From assembly GCA_028713005.1 (NCBI GenBank), contig JAQTPC010000003.1, positions 13,022 through 77,021 of the forward strand: a DNA stretch of 64,000 bases. Reading direction: 5' to 3'. The position numbers were made by a program, and so were the translations under genes. Positions 1 to 10,058 of the stretch are shown piece by piece (the stretch's first letter is position 1; each line of letters starts with the position of its first letter). This DNA is from Minisyncoccota bacterium (GTDB lineage: Bacteria; Patescibacteriota; Minisyncoccia; Phycocordibacterales; PALSA-1337). The notes beneath the pieces were generated by a model. That model was not told the DNA's origin. It saw nothing but the letters and a program-made list of their open reading frames with translations, and did not search any database.

Positions 1-1
1 A

Positions 2-340
2 GTCGAGAGTATCTGGATATCCGTTGGTAGTATCACCAATGTTGGCATTGAAGTAACCTTGTTTGACGGTGAGGGTAGTAACTCCTGGTGTAGCTGTTGG
101 CCAGACTTTGGTACCTCCACCTACGGTTGCACTGTCCCAGAGGGAGAACTTGAAGTAGTAGGTAGTACCAGTACCACCAAGTGCATTACCACCTGTGTCA
201 GTGAGACGGCCTTGGTATGAGACTATACTAGGTGCTCCTGCTGCTTGAGTGAGTGGTGTGGCATATACAGAAAACACTAAAAAGAAGACAAGGAATATGC
301 CATATGCAAATGGTACCGGTGTATGTGTACCGTGGGTCAT
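2..340 (-). CDS. N-terminal part of a large secreted/surface protein (runs off the window start)
   Basis: Not in ORF track. ATG at 340 opens MTHGTHTPVPFAYGIFLVFFLVFSVYATPLTQA-AGAPSIVSYQGRLTDTGG...YFKFSLWDS, open to the edge; signal peptide plus the SYQGRLTD motif typical of large CPR surface proteins. Confidence 0.75.
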   Translation of the reverse strand, partial: MTHGTHTPVPFAYGIFLVFFLVFSVYATPLTQAAGAPSIVSYQGRLTDTGGNALGGTGTTYYFKFSLWDSATVGGGTKVWPTATPGVTTLTVKQGYFNANIGDTTNGYPDTLD

Positions 341-397
341 TTGGCCTTATTTTATCATGTATAGAGGTGTGCTAAAAGGAAAAGGTGGGGATTAGTT

Positions 398-1822
398 TTA
401 GTTGTGTGCGTTTTTCATCACGTACTCAATCAACTCTTCAATCATCACTCTCTCCTGCTTGCCATTATCACGATCACGGACAGTCACTCCTGTACCCTTC
501 TCGATAGTATCAAAGTCGACAGTGACACAGTAAGGTGTACCAATCTCATCTTGGCGGCGATAGCGCTTGCCGATATTTCCATTATCATCAAAGGTAACAT
601 TTGGAATAACTTTCTTGAGCATCTTGTAAACATCTTCTGCTTTTTCTACGAGTACCGGCTTATTTTTAAGTAGTGGAAAGACCGCTACACGGTATGGTGC
701 AACTGAAGGAGCGAGTTTCAAAAATACACGCTTCTCTGTGACGCTTCCTCCTTCTTTCTCCTTGCTTCCTTCTTCCGCTCCCATTTCATCTTCCTGATAC
801 GCATCCACGAGCACAGCTAACACCGTTCTATCCAAACCAAATGAAGGTTCGATACAGTGAGGTATAAATCTTTCCTTTGACTCTTCATCAAAATATGACA
901 GATCCACTTTACTGAACTCAGAATGTTGTTTAAGGTCATAGTCTGTACGATATGCAAGACCATACAGCTCTTTTTTACCAAAAGGAAAATCAAATTCGAA
1001 ATCAATTGTGCGCTTTGAATAGAATGCGCGGTCAGCTTCAGCAACTTCTAGTTCGTGCACTTTTTTCTGCGTCAAACCGATATCCTGCGTAAAAGCCAAT
1101 ACCTCAGTGCGGAAATGCTCAAAGGTCTTTTCCCAGTCTTTTGGATTGACGAAATACTCGATCTCCATCTGTTCAAACTCACGTGCACGGAAAAGAAAGT
1201 CGCGTGGCGCGATCTCATTACGAAATGCTTTGCCGATCTGGGCCATACCAAATGAAAGCTTTGGGTGGAAAGTGTCGAGGATATTTTTGAAATTAACAAA
1301 CATACCCTGTGCGGTCTCAGGACGAAGATATGAGATAGATGAACCGTCCTCGGTTGCACCAATGTTTGTCTTGAACATCATATTGAACTGACGCACAGGG
1401 CCGAGTGCATTGCCATCAGGACTCTTGAGACCCTTTTCTTTTATCTTGGCATCCATATCTGCAAGAGTCATACCCTTTACATCAACACCGGCATCTTCGA
1501 GGAGGTGGTCAGCACGAAAACGTCTTTTGGTCTTTATATCTTCAACGAGCGGGTCCGCAAAACCTGCCACGTGTCCACTCGCCTCCCACGTGCGCGGATT
1601 CATGAGGAGCGCTGCATCGACGCCATACATATCGTCACGATCATCAACAAAACGCTTCCACCAAATCTTCTTTATATTATTTTTGAGCGCTACACCGAGA
1701 GGTCCATAATCCCATGTACCAGCGAGACCACCATAGATCTCTGAACCCTGAAAGATAAAACCACGTCTCTTGCAGAGAGAAATGAGCGATTCCATTATGT
1801 TATTCTCGGCTATTTTATTCAT
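398..1822 (-). CDS. glyQS: Glycine--tRNA ligase (alpha2, eukaryote/archaea type)
   Basis: KRRGFIF..EIYGG, LRPETAQG, FRNEIAPR, IEPSFGLDR, IGKRYRRQDEIGTPYC. Confidence 0.97.
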   Translation of the reverse strand: MNKIAENNIMESLISLCKRRGFIFQGSEIYGGLAGTWDYGPLGVALKNNIKKIWWKRFVDDRDDMYGVDAALLMNPRTWEASGHVAGFADPLVEDIKTKRRFRADHLLEDAGVDVKGMTLADMDAKIKEKGLKSPDGNALGPVRQFNMMFKTNIGATEDGSSISYLRPETAQGMFVNFKNILDTFHPKLSFGMAQIGKAFRNEIAPRDFLFRAREFEQMEIEYFVNPKDWEKTFEHFRTEVLAFTQDIGLTQKKVHELEVAEADRAFYSKRTIDFEFDFPFGKKELYGLAYRTDYDLKQHSEFSKVDLSYFDEESKERFIPHCIEPSFGLDRTVLAVLVDAYQEDEMGAEEGSKEKEGGSVTEKRVFLKLAPSVAPYRVAVFPLLKNKPVLVEKAEDVYKMLKKVIPNVTFDDNGNIGKRYRRQDEIGTPYCVTVDFDTIEKGTGVTVRDRDNGKQERVMIEELIEYVMKNAHN

Positions 1823-1877
1823 ACGAACATTCTATACGAAAGGAGCCGAACTTGAAAGTCCGGCTTCTGGTGACCTA

Positions 1878-3821
1878 TTACTGAACGACAGTTTCGTCTC
1901 CCCCCTTATATGCTGGATCTGTACTAAAGCTTGAAGTCAGATAACCTTGCTCACTTGTTAGAGAAGACTGGGTATAATCATCGGTTGCAGTCAGAGTAGA
2001 CGGATTGACGAGAGTTGGTGCAGTAGAAACTTGAGTAATACTTGGTGTAAAGGCTATCTGGAATGCCACTTCACGACGCTTCGATGAATTTGCAGAGTAT
2101 GCACTGATCTGCCCTACATTCCACGTTATAGAACCAGTATTTTGATCATACGTCACACCTTCAGTTGATGGAGATACATTTCCAAGCCATGTCACGTATG
2201 GTGGCAAAGTTGCAGTGACTTGTGCACCACTGACCGAACTGGTCGTATTGCCGATAGACCACAAGACTGTGTAGGTTGTTTTTTGTTCTGCCTTTGGTGG
2301 TATTGGTCCCGTATTGGTAAATGCTCCAGTTGAGCGAACTACCCTGCCTGAAAGAGCGATGCTCGAAGCCACTTTTATTGTACGGCTTGCAGCTGAAGTT
2401 ATGCTACCAGAAGCACCTGATTCTTGAGTACGATCAGCTGACACGCTCGCTGACAGAGATACGTTCGGATTGACGACTTGATTACCTGATGAGTTCGATG
2501 TGTTTGTTGGTGTTATTGAGAATGAGATAGAACCACTTTCTCCTGCAGGGATAGATGCGAGCTCAGGATTTGTCTGTTGATTCCAGATGATCTGATTGCG
2601 CGCAGAATCAAAATAGCCAAGATCAGGCTGGATCTTTGTCTTATCGTACGCAGTACCAGAGAGATTGACTGCAATGACTGCATTTGAAACTGCCACTGAA
2701 AGATTGTTGAACCAGGTGATCGTTACGCGAGCTGGTGAACCAAAGTGCCCAACAAAATCTGTTGAAGATGTGTCATTATCAATGCCGAGCTGCAGACTAA
2801 CGAATGATTTTTCTATCGTGATATTTTGACTGACGAGCCCATATTGAGTGCCAATGACCGCACCATTTGCAGCACTTCGCGCACCGACAGCAAAGTGGAA
2901 TACGCGGGTATCAGAATTTTCACCTTGTAGCTTTCCATGAATGACGACTGAACGCTCAGCACCTGGTGGTATATCACCGATCTTCCATGTGGCATTATCA
3001 GACAGCGGTGGGATGTTCGCGGAGATAAAGCTATAACCAAATGGATACTGCCCTTTCAAGACAACACTCTTGAGTACGTCTTGAGAATTTGATTTGAGTT
3101 TTACTGTCATATCGAACTCTTGACCAGAAGCGATGCTGCTAAACGAAGAAGCAGTGAGAGTGATTGGTGACGAATTAATAAGCACTTCGTAACTTGCGAC
3201 TTTGGTGAAAAGAGCCGTGGAACCTTTTACCTTATATGTCAGCGTTGCAGTGATAGATTTTTGAGTATTCTCTTCCCCAAAGATGATTGCCGATACATTC
3301 GTCGAAGTTGAATAACCTGTTGGTATATCGCCGAGATATTGATCGAGCGACGTAAGTGTCTGTGTAGAATCATGTGCATCGGTCGCACCTGCCGGAAATG
3401 ACACATTCATATCTACCAGCTGAAGATCGATATTATTATTGTTGGTAACCTTGATACCAAAAGAAACTGGCTGACCACCCGGTATCGATACGGGACCAGT
3501 GATAGTGACATCGATATTATTTCCTGATATCAGATTTGAACCATTTAAAAAGAGATACAGACCGATACTAACTGCAATGATGCAGAATATGCCGGAGCCG
3601 ATGAGAAATTTAGTGAAAAATGACATTGAATGATCTTCGTATTGTGTATTGAGCTTTGGAGCTTCTTCTAGCGTTTTATCTGGTTCAGCCCATTCTGACT
3701 TTACCTCAGTATTCATATCTGAAAAACGAAGCTTGCGGCGCGTACGTACTTCTGGTGCACCGCGAGAGTACAGTGACTTCTTCAACTCTTCTATGCGATT
3801 TTGATCTTCTGAGGGAGGCAT
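1878..3821 (-). CDS. Membrane-anchored Ser/Thr-rich protein with repeated Ig-like/DUF11-like domains
   Basis: One N-terminal TM helix, then beta-rich repeats (W.IG.I..G.....F). Confidence 0.7.
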   Translation of the reverse strand: MPPSEDQNRIEELKKSLYSRGAPEVRTRRKLRFSDMNTEVKSEWAEPDKTLEEAPKLNTQYEDHSMSFFTKFLIGSGIFCIIAVSIGLYLFLNGSNLISGNNIDVTITGPVSIPGGQPVSFGIKVTNNNNIDLQLVDMNVSFPAGATDAHDSTQTLTSLDQYLGDIPTGYSTSTNVSAIIFGEENTQKSITATLTYKVKGSTALFTKVASYEVLINSSPITLTASSFSSIASGQEFDMTVKLKSNSQDVLKSVVLKGQYPFGYSFISANIPPLSDNATWKIGDIPPGAERSVVIHGKLQGENSDTRVFHFAVGARSAANGAVIGTQYGLVSQNITIEKSFVSLQLGIDNDTSSTDFVGHFGSPARVTITWFNNLSVAVSNAVIAVNLSGTAYDKTKIQPDLGYFDSARNQIIWNQQTNPELASIPAGESGSISFSITPTNTSNSSGNQVVNPNVSLSASVSADRTQESGASGSITSAASRTIKVASSIALSGRVVRSTGAFTNTGPIPPKAEQKTTYTVLWSIGNTTSSVSGAQVTATLPPYVTWLGNVSPSTEGVTYDQNTGSITWNVGQISAYSANSSKRREVAFQIAFTPSITQVSTAPTLVNPSTLTATDDYTQSSLTSEQGYLTSSFSTDPAYKGGDETVVQ

Positions 3822-3850
3822 TTGTATTATTGTACCATTTATTTTTATCC

Positions 3851-4492
3851 TTACAGATGCGATTCACGGAGTGCCCTGTTGATATGCTGGTTCATGAGAG
3901 TTCGCTGTTGACCCAAAAGAGTCAGACGATCGAGGCTTATAGCATCGGATTCAATATCTTCCTTGAGTGCAGAAATACTTGCCACATAACCCAGACGGTG
4001 AAGGATACGCGTAACTATTAAGGATTCGAGGGTTTTGAATGCTTCACTTCCGAGGGTAGGCCATGAATTAATAAAATCAAATAACGAATCGAGTGCAATG
4101 AATAATTCTGGATGAGGTTCTTCTCCTTGTAGTAAACGATTAAGAAGCAATGCTATGCGCGCAATAAGTTCTTGATTTTGGTCTGCCAATTTCACCTCTT
4201 GTAGCTTGTCCCCTGTCTGCGCAAGCAGGCTTGTATCTTGCACCTTGAGTTCCTGCGCATTAGTTAGTCGCCAAAACTCTTTACCGCTGACAAATGAAAA
4301 AACGCCGAGAGAATAATCTTGAATAAAGGGGCGTAATTTTGATTTTTCGAAACGGATGCCTTGTGCCGTAGCACGGATGAGTCCGAGGTCTTTGGTAAAT
4401 ATAGATAGCAGCTTCCCTGCTTCACCAGATGGCCGTGAGCTTACGATAAATCCGGGAGTTGTGTGAATGGCGTACATAGGTAAATCAACCAA
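3851..4492 (-). CDS. recO: DNA repair protein RecO (likely start at MYAIH)
   Basis: GEAGKLLSIFTKDLGLIRATAQGIRFEKSKLR OB-fold motif; LHRLGY. Confidence 0.85.
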   Translation of the reverse strand: MVDLPMYAIHTTPGFIVSSRPSGEAGKLLSIFTKDLGLIRATAQGIRFEKSKLRPFIQDYSLGVFSFVSGKEFWRLTNAQELKVQDTSLLAQTGDKLQEVKLADQNQELIARIALLLNRLLQGEEPHPELFIALDSLFDFINSWPTLGSEAFKTLESLIVTRILHRLGYVASISALKEDIESDAISLDRLTLLGQQRTLMNQHINRALRESHL

Positions 4493-4510
4493 TGATCAAT
4501 AGCGCAATGT

Positions 4511-7500
4511 TCAATTCAATCCGAGCACATCGCCAAAACTGATACTGGTCACATTCGTCAGCTTCTTCAATTCATCACTGTATTTTTCAACTATGGCACG
4601 CTCAGCTTCGGTAACTACCAATGAAGTTTTATCGCTGACTGACAAGCCCTTTTCTTTTCTCATATCTTGCACCTTACGGAGAAGTTCACGGAACTCACCT
4701 TCTGCTTTGAGCTCGGGGGTGATAACTGTATCTAACACTACAGTAAATGTAGGATCGTTTTGGTCGACACTGTTCTCCAATACTATCTCTTTTACATTGA
4801 GCTCATCCATAAGCACAACCTTGAGTTCATCCCAGCGAGGGATAGGATTATTTCTATGTTTGATAGTAAGTTTTTGCAGTGGCTGACGAACATTAACCTT
4901 GCCCTCAGTTCTCTTCATGAGACCGGCTGTAGTAAATGACTGAACAACCTTCATGCCTGACAAAACATCCTCATCTACTTTTCCTGCCTTTGGCCAACTT
5001 TCAAGATGTACACTCTCTAGTTCTCCGCCAACCTCTTGGTAAATATACTCTGCAAAGAAAGGTGTAAATGGTGCCATGACTTTTGCCAATGTAATAAGTA
5101 CATATTTTGTCGTCGCTAGAGCAGCTTCTTTGTCTGCCATATCATCACCCTTAAAACGATCACGCGAACGACGGAGATACCACTGTGAAAGATCTGCGAT
5201 AAATTCACGTATCTCACGCGTAGGTTCGAGGAAAACATAGTTATCCATATTACTCGTCACATTTTCGATCAATTGATTCAAGCGCGCCAAAATCCACTGG
5301 TCAATTATATTTTGAGATGTTCCTTGTGATTTTCCTATCTCCAGGCTCCTATCTCCAGACTCCCTGTTCTCATACGTCTTATAAAATGTCGTCACATTCG
5401 CAACCAAGTTAAATACTTTCTTCACAATCTCATCAACAGTTTTTTCTTCAAAGTTCTTTGACTCACCTGGCTGGTTGACCGAATACATCCAAAAACGCAA
5501 TGCATCAGCGCCGTACTTATCCATCATATTCCATGGATTGATGACATTGCCGAGCGACTTGGACATCTTTTTTCCTTCTCCATCGAGAATATGTCCGAGA
5601 CAGATCACATTTTTATACGCCTTACCTTTACCCATAAGAACGCCGATAGCATGTAATGTATAGAACCAGCCACGAGTCTGGTCAATCGCTTCTGAGATGA
5701 AGTCAGCAGGATAAGCAAGTTCCTGCTTCTTTGAAAACAGCTTTGCGATTACTCCTTTCTCCTTTCTTCCTGCTTCTTCTTTTCCGAATGGATAGTGATC
5801 TTGGGCAAACGGCATACCACCTGAATCAAACCAGACGTCCATGACTTCTTTTGCACGAACCATATTTCCACCGCATGAACATGAAAGCTTCACTTCATCG
5901 ATAAAGGGTTTATGGAGATCGAGCTCATATTCAGTATTGTGAGGGACAATCTTGAGATTCACTTCGCGAACACCTGCCTTTTCAATATAATTATTTTTTT
6001 CGTATTCAGCAGTCTGTTCCCTGTCCCAACCTTCCGCAGCAGCAATGAGCATCATAGCTGGACTGCCATGAGTAACGATTAAAATCTTTTTGCCAGAATA
6101 TTTTGATTCGACATCATATAAGAAATCACCAACACGCGTTTTCACATCTGCGTGATTTTCTCCACCTTTTGGCCGAGCAACAAAACGACTCTGGTTCAAT
6201 GGAAATACTTTTAACAATTGTTCGAGCGTCATACCATCCCATTCACCGAGCTCGATCTCTCTGATACGGTTGTCGGTTACTAGCTGATCATCAGTGAGAC
6301 CCAGTGCTTTTTGTACAATCTTTGCTGTCTCTTGAGTACGAATAAATGGCGAAGCAATGATGAGGTCGATACCGAGCTTCTTTATACCCTCAGCTGCACG
6401 CGCAACTTTATCTTTACCATGTTCGGTCAAATGGTTTTCAAGTGTTATATCACTATTCAGTATCTCTTTTACATTACATTCGGCTTCACCGTGGCGCATT
6501 ACGTGATATGTATTCTTTGATGACAGGGCGATATCATCGATAGAACCGACAACTTTTCTTTTGTTACAGGTATCACAATTCCACACTGGCAATGGTGTTC
6601 CCCAGTAACGTTCACGTGAGATAGCCCAGTCTTTGACATCTTTGAGCCATTCGCCAAAACGACCTTCCTTGATGTACTCAGGTTCCCAATGGATACCTTC
6701 ATTTTCTTTGAGTAATTTGTCGCGCAGATCAGACATGCGGATATACCACGAATCGCGGGCAAAATAGATGAGCGGAGTTTTACAACGCCAGCAATGAGGA
6801 TATGTATGCTTGATATTCTCCTGTGCAAAGAAAAGTCCTTTTTGTTTCAGATAATTAACAATATCAACATCGAGAGTTGGCTTACCATTTTCATCTTTTT
6901 CTTTGACGAATCTACCCTCGAGAAAAGCGGTGCCCTTTTTGAAGGTTCCATCATCGTTGACCAAGTGATATTTAGGTAGATTGTTCTTTGTGCCGAGCTC
7001 AAAGTCATCTTGACCGTACATTGGTGCAATGTGCACGATGCCAGTACCATCAGCGGTTGTGACAAAATCGCCGGCAAATACTTTGAAGGCATTTGAGATT
7101 TTATCTTTTTCTGCACCAGTGACAGCGTCTTTGAGATATGGAAAGAGTGGTTCGTAGGTGAGGCCAACGAGGTCAGAGCCTTTTACTGTTTCGATCATTT
7201 CATACGTAAGGTCTTTCAACGCTGACAATCTTTCTTTCGCCAAAATCACATAGGTAATTACTCCGTTGCCAATCGGCACGAGAGGATTCTCGCTTCCTTT
7301 TGCAGAGGCAAAACCGCGAGAACTCTCGTTGCCTCTGTCAACGGCTGACGTATCATTTAATTGGTTGACCTTAACTTTCACATACTCAATATCCTTCCCT
7401 ACAGCCAAAGCCACATTCCCCGGAAGCGTCCAGGGTGTCGTCGTCCACGCAAGTATATATGTCGCATCATCCGCAACTGTATCACCAATCTTTTGTCCTT

Positions 7501-8158
7501 TGGTAACTTTGAACTTCACATACAGCGACAAATCCTTCACCTCCTGATATCCCTGTGCCAATTCGTGTGAAGAAAGTCCAGTACCACAGCGTGGACACCA
7601 CGGAACTATCTTGTAATCCTTATAGAGTAAACCTTTCTCATCGACAGTCTTGATGATATTCCACACTGACTCTATATATTGCGGCTTATAGGTGATATAC
7701 GGATTTTTGAGATCAACCCAATATCCCATGCGGTTGGTGAAATCTTCCCATTCATGCACATAAGTCCAGACGCTGTCTTTACATTTTTGATTGAATGCAG
7801 CTATGCCATATGACTCGATTTCCTTCTTCGACTTGAGACCAAGCTCCTTTTCTACTTGGAGCTCAACGGGCAAACCGTGGGTATCCCATCCACCCTTTCT
7901 GCGTACATGAAAACCTTGCATCGTCTTGTAGCGAGGAATGGCATCCTTGAATGCCCGAGCTTCGAGATGATGTATACCGGGACGACCGTTGGCAGTTGGT
8001 GGACCTTCAAAGAATACGAACTCACCTTTTGGCGACTCTTTATCGAGAGACTTCTGAAAAACATCTTTCTCTTTCCAAAATGCCAAAACATTCTCCTCGC
8101 GAAGTGCGTGTGGAGATTTTGGTGATTGGTCTTTTTGGGTATTTGCTATTTCGGCCAT
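4511..8158 (-). CDS. ileS: Isoleucine--tRNA ligase with inserted histidine-phosphatase domain
   Basis: GPPTANGRPGIHH (HIGH-like), GWDTHGLP, WTTTPWT, ISRERYWGTP, KMSKS; internal RHG...SPFIRTQET...E...HG domain. Confidence 0.96.
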   Translation of the reverse strand: MAEIANTQKDQSPKSPHALREENVLAFWKEKDVFQKSLDKESPKGEFVFFEGPPTANGRPGIHHLEARAFKDAIPRYKTMQGFHVRRKGGWDTHGLPVELQVEKELGLKSKKEIESYGIAAFNQKCKDSVWTYVHEWEDFTNRMGYWVDLKNPYITYKPQYIESVWNIIKTVDEKGLLYKDYKIVPWCPRCGTGLSSHELAQGYQEVKDLSLYVKFKVTKGQKIGDTVADDATYILAWTTTPWTLPGNVALAVGKDIEYVKVKVNQLNDTSAVDRGNESSRGFASAKGSENPLVPIGNGVITYVILAKERLSALKDLTYEMIETVKGSDLVGLTYEPLFPYLKDAVTGAEKDKISNAFKVFAGDFVTTADGTGIVHIAPMYGQDDFELGTKNNLPKYHLVNDDGTFKKGTAFLEGRFVKEKDENGKPTLDVDIVNYLKQKGLFFAQENIKHTYPHCWRCKTPLIYFARDSWYIRMSDLRDKLLKENEGIHWEPEYIKEGRFGEWLKDVKDWAISRERYWGTPLPVWNCDTCNKRKVVGSIDDIALSSKNTYHVMRHGEAECNVKEILNSDITLENHLTEHGKDKVARAAEGIKKLGIDLIIASPFIRTQETAKIVQKALGLTDDQLVTDNRIREIELGEWDGMTLEQLLKVFPLNQSRFVARPKGGENHADVKTRVGDFLYDVESKYSGKKILIVTHGSPAMMLIAAAEGWDREQTAEYEKNNYIEKAGVREVNLKIVPHNTEYELDLHKPFIDEVKLSCSCGGNMVRAKEVMDVWFDSGGMPFAQDHYPFGKEEAGRKEKGVIAKLFSKKQELAYPADFISEAIDQTRGWFYTLHAIGVLMGKGKAYKNVICLGHILDGEGKKMSKSLGNVINPWNMMDKYGADALRFWMYSVNQPGESKNFEEKTVDEIVKKVFNLVANVTTFYKTYENRESGDRSLEIGKSQGTSQNIIDQWILARLNQLIENVTSNMDNYVFLEPTREIREFIADLSQWYLRRSRDRFKGDDMADKEAALATTKYVLITLAKVMAPFTPFFAEYIYQEVGGELESVHLESWPKAGKVDEDVLSGMKVVQSFTTAGLMKRTEGKVNVRQPLQKLTIKHRNNPIPRWDELKVVLMDELNVKEIVLENSVDQNDPTFTVVLDTVITPELKAEGEFRELLRKVQDMRKEKGLSVSDKTSLVVTEAERAIVEKYSDELKKLTNVTSISFGDVLGLN
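7263..7344. repeat. Imperfect palindromic element lying in frame inside ileS
   Basis: ccgttg/caacgg, ggcacgagag/ctctcgttgcc, ttctcgc/gcgagaa and ttttgc/gcaaaa nested arms. Confidence 0.7.
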
Positions 8159-8188
8159 GAAATTAATTTAATAGGGTTATTTTACCAT

Positions 8189-8216
8189 AGGTCTGACCTC
8201 TCCGAGGTTGAACCTC
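8189..8216. repeat. REP-like palindrome pair (AGGTCTGACCT; GAGGTTGAACCTC)
   Basis: Same family recurs at 22576, 57170, 57199, 60935, 61942. Confidence 0.65.
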
Positions 8217-8219
8217 TAA

Positions 8220-9983
8220 CTACATCCTCTTTGGAATTTTGATACCGAGGATATGAAGACCTTCACTCATTGCTTCAGCAAAACTTTTTGTTAAAAGCAC
8301 ACGATATGGAGACAATGGTTCATTCACATCAACGATTGTATTGCTTGCATAGAAACTATTGAAAGCACTTGCAAGGTTGATGAGATAGTTTGCAATGAGT
8401 TGTGGTGCATATTCACCTGAAGCGCGCTCGACTATATCTGGGAATCTTACAATGAGTTTTTCGAGCAGGCCGACTTTCTCTGGCAAAACCACTTTTGATA
8501 GATTGATCAACGTACGAATCTCCCCTTCTTTACCGAGATCCAATTCACCTTTTGCTTTTTCAATGATTGAATTCGCACGGACAACAGAATACTGGAGATA
8601 TGGACCAGAGTCACCTTCAAATGAGATGGACTTGGCTGAATCAAAGATAACATCACTACCGACTGCCTGACGAAGGATGGTGTACTTGATGGCAGCGATA
8701 GCGATCATATCTGATAGTTCTTCCACTTCTTCTGGTGTGAACTTACGGTCAGCGATTCTTTCAATAACAAGCTTTTTCATATCATCGATGAGTGTCTCAG
8801 CAGTGATGACATTGCCCGTACGTGAAGACATCTTGCCGGATGCAAAACGCAACATACCGTGTCCAATATGCTTTGTTTTCTTGCCTACATTTTCATCGAT
8901 AAGCGTGAGCGCCTTGGCGATGACCTTGAAATATTCATTTTGCTCACTTGCTGTAACAACGATCGATGTATCAGTTTCAGGATATTTTTTGAACTTAGTA
9001 ACATTTAACCCCATCTCTTTTGCTTCATACGTTGGTAGGCCATGGGAGTTGATGAATACGCGGGTATGAAGACCATGATCCTCCCCTTTGAATACAACTG
9101 CACCGTCGCTTTCAGTAAACACATTTTTTTTTAAAAATTCCTTGACGATATCGAGACCAGCTGGAGCCATCTCGCTCTCATATATATATCCATCAAAATG
9201 CGTGCCGAGACGCTTGTACAACAATTCAAAATGCTCCAAGCTCCAATTCCTTCCCTTTTCATAGAGAGCATTTATGGCAGGACTCGACTTTTCGTAGAGG
9301 ATCTTGTTCAAAGAATCAATATCATCTTTTACAGTGATACCTGCACCGCTCAATTCATCTGACTCATACATGCGTGTACCTTCAACATACATCTTGCCGA
9401 GGAATGCAGTTTTTTCTTGGATCGGTGCTGAGTCACTAGGTATTTCACTTTCATGACGTTTCATCGCCCAGATAGACTTTGCGATATGGAGGCCAATATC
9501 TGACGGGTAACAAAGACGAGTAACCTTTGCACCTCCAGACTCAATCAAACGTGAAAGCGATTCACCAATTGCATTAGCCATGAGATGCCCGATATGAAAT
9601 GCCTTGAAAATATTTGGGTCAGTGTATTCAATGAGAATATTTTTGCGTTTTATGTTTCCTTCTAACTTCTCACTTCCAACCCCCAACTTCTCTTTTATGA
9701 TCTGCTCCGCAAATACACTATCTTTCACTTTGAAGTTAATAAACCCAGGACCAGCCACACTGACAGAATCAATGCTTTCTGGCATATCTTTTTTGAATTC
9801 TTCAATGATCTTGTCAGCAAGTGCCTTTGGTGCCATCTTGAGCACCTTTGCATGGGCCATTGCGATATTTGTCGAATAATCACCGTGTTCTGGATTTTCT
9901 GGATACTCCAAAACCACAGAATCAACCTCAATTCCGAGACTTTGAGCGGTTTTTATGAGATGGCTTATAAGCTTTGATTTCAT
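8220..9983 (-). CDS. argS: Arginine--tRNA ligase
   Basis: HGDYSTN, GPGFINF, FHIGH, KMSSRTG, GDSGPYLQY. Confidence 0.97.
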   Translation of the reverse strand: MKSKLISHLIKTAQSLGIEVDSVVLEYPENPEHGDYSTNIAMAHAKVLKMAPKALADKIIEEFKKDMPESIDSVSVAGPGFINFKVKDSVFAEQIIKEKLGVGSEKLEGNIKRKNILIEYTDPNIFKAFHIGHLMANAIGESLSRLIESGGAKVTRLCYPSDIGLHIAKSIWAMKRHESEIPSDSAPIQEKTAFLGKMYVEGTRMYESDELSGAGITVKDDIDSLNKILYEKSSPAINALYEKGRNWSLEHFELLYKRLGTHFDGYIYESEMAPAGLDIVKEFLKKNVFTESDGAVVFKGEDHGLHTRVFINSHGLPTYEAKEMGLNVTKFKKYPETDTSIVVTASEQNEYFKVIAKALTLIDENVGKKTKHIGHGMLRFASGKMSSRTGNVITAETLIDDMKKLVIERIADRKFTPEEVEELSDMIAIAAIKYTILRQAVGSDVIFDSAKSISFEGDSGPYLQYSVVRANSIIEKAKGELDLGKEGEIRTLINLSKVVLPEKVGLLEKLIVRFPDIVERASGEYAPQLIANYLINLASAFNSFYASNTIVDVNEPLSPYRVLLTKSFAEAMSEGLHILGIKIPKRM

Positions 9984-10023
9984 AAGGATATTGTAGCAGA
10001 AAACCCCATATCTGCACGAATAT

Positions 10024-10052
10024 TTGACAAAGAAAGTAAAGTCGGTTACACT
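10024..10052 (+). promoter_or_regulatory. Sigma70-type promoter TTGACA-17-TACACT
   Basis: ttgaca aagaaagtaaagtcggt tacact; points into a non-coding structured region. Confidence 0.6.
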
Positions 10053-10058
10053 ACTATT

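Noticed and set aside
5950-6515. Intein in ileS
   Set aside because: No intein splice-junction motifs or LAGLIDADG; the insert has phosphatase motifs
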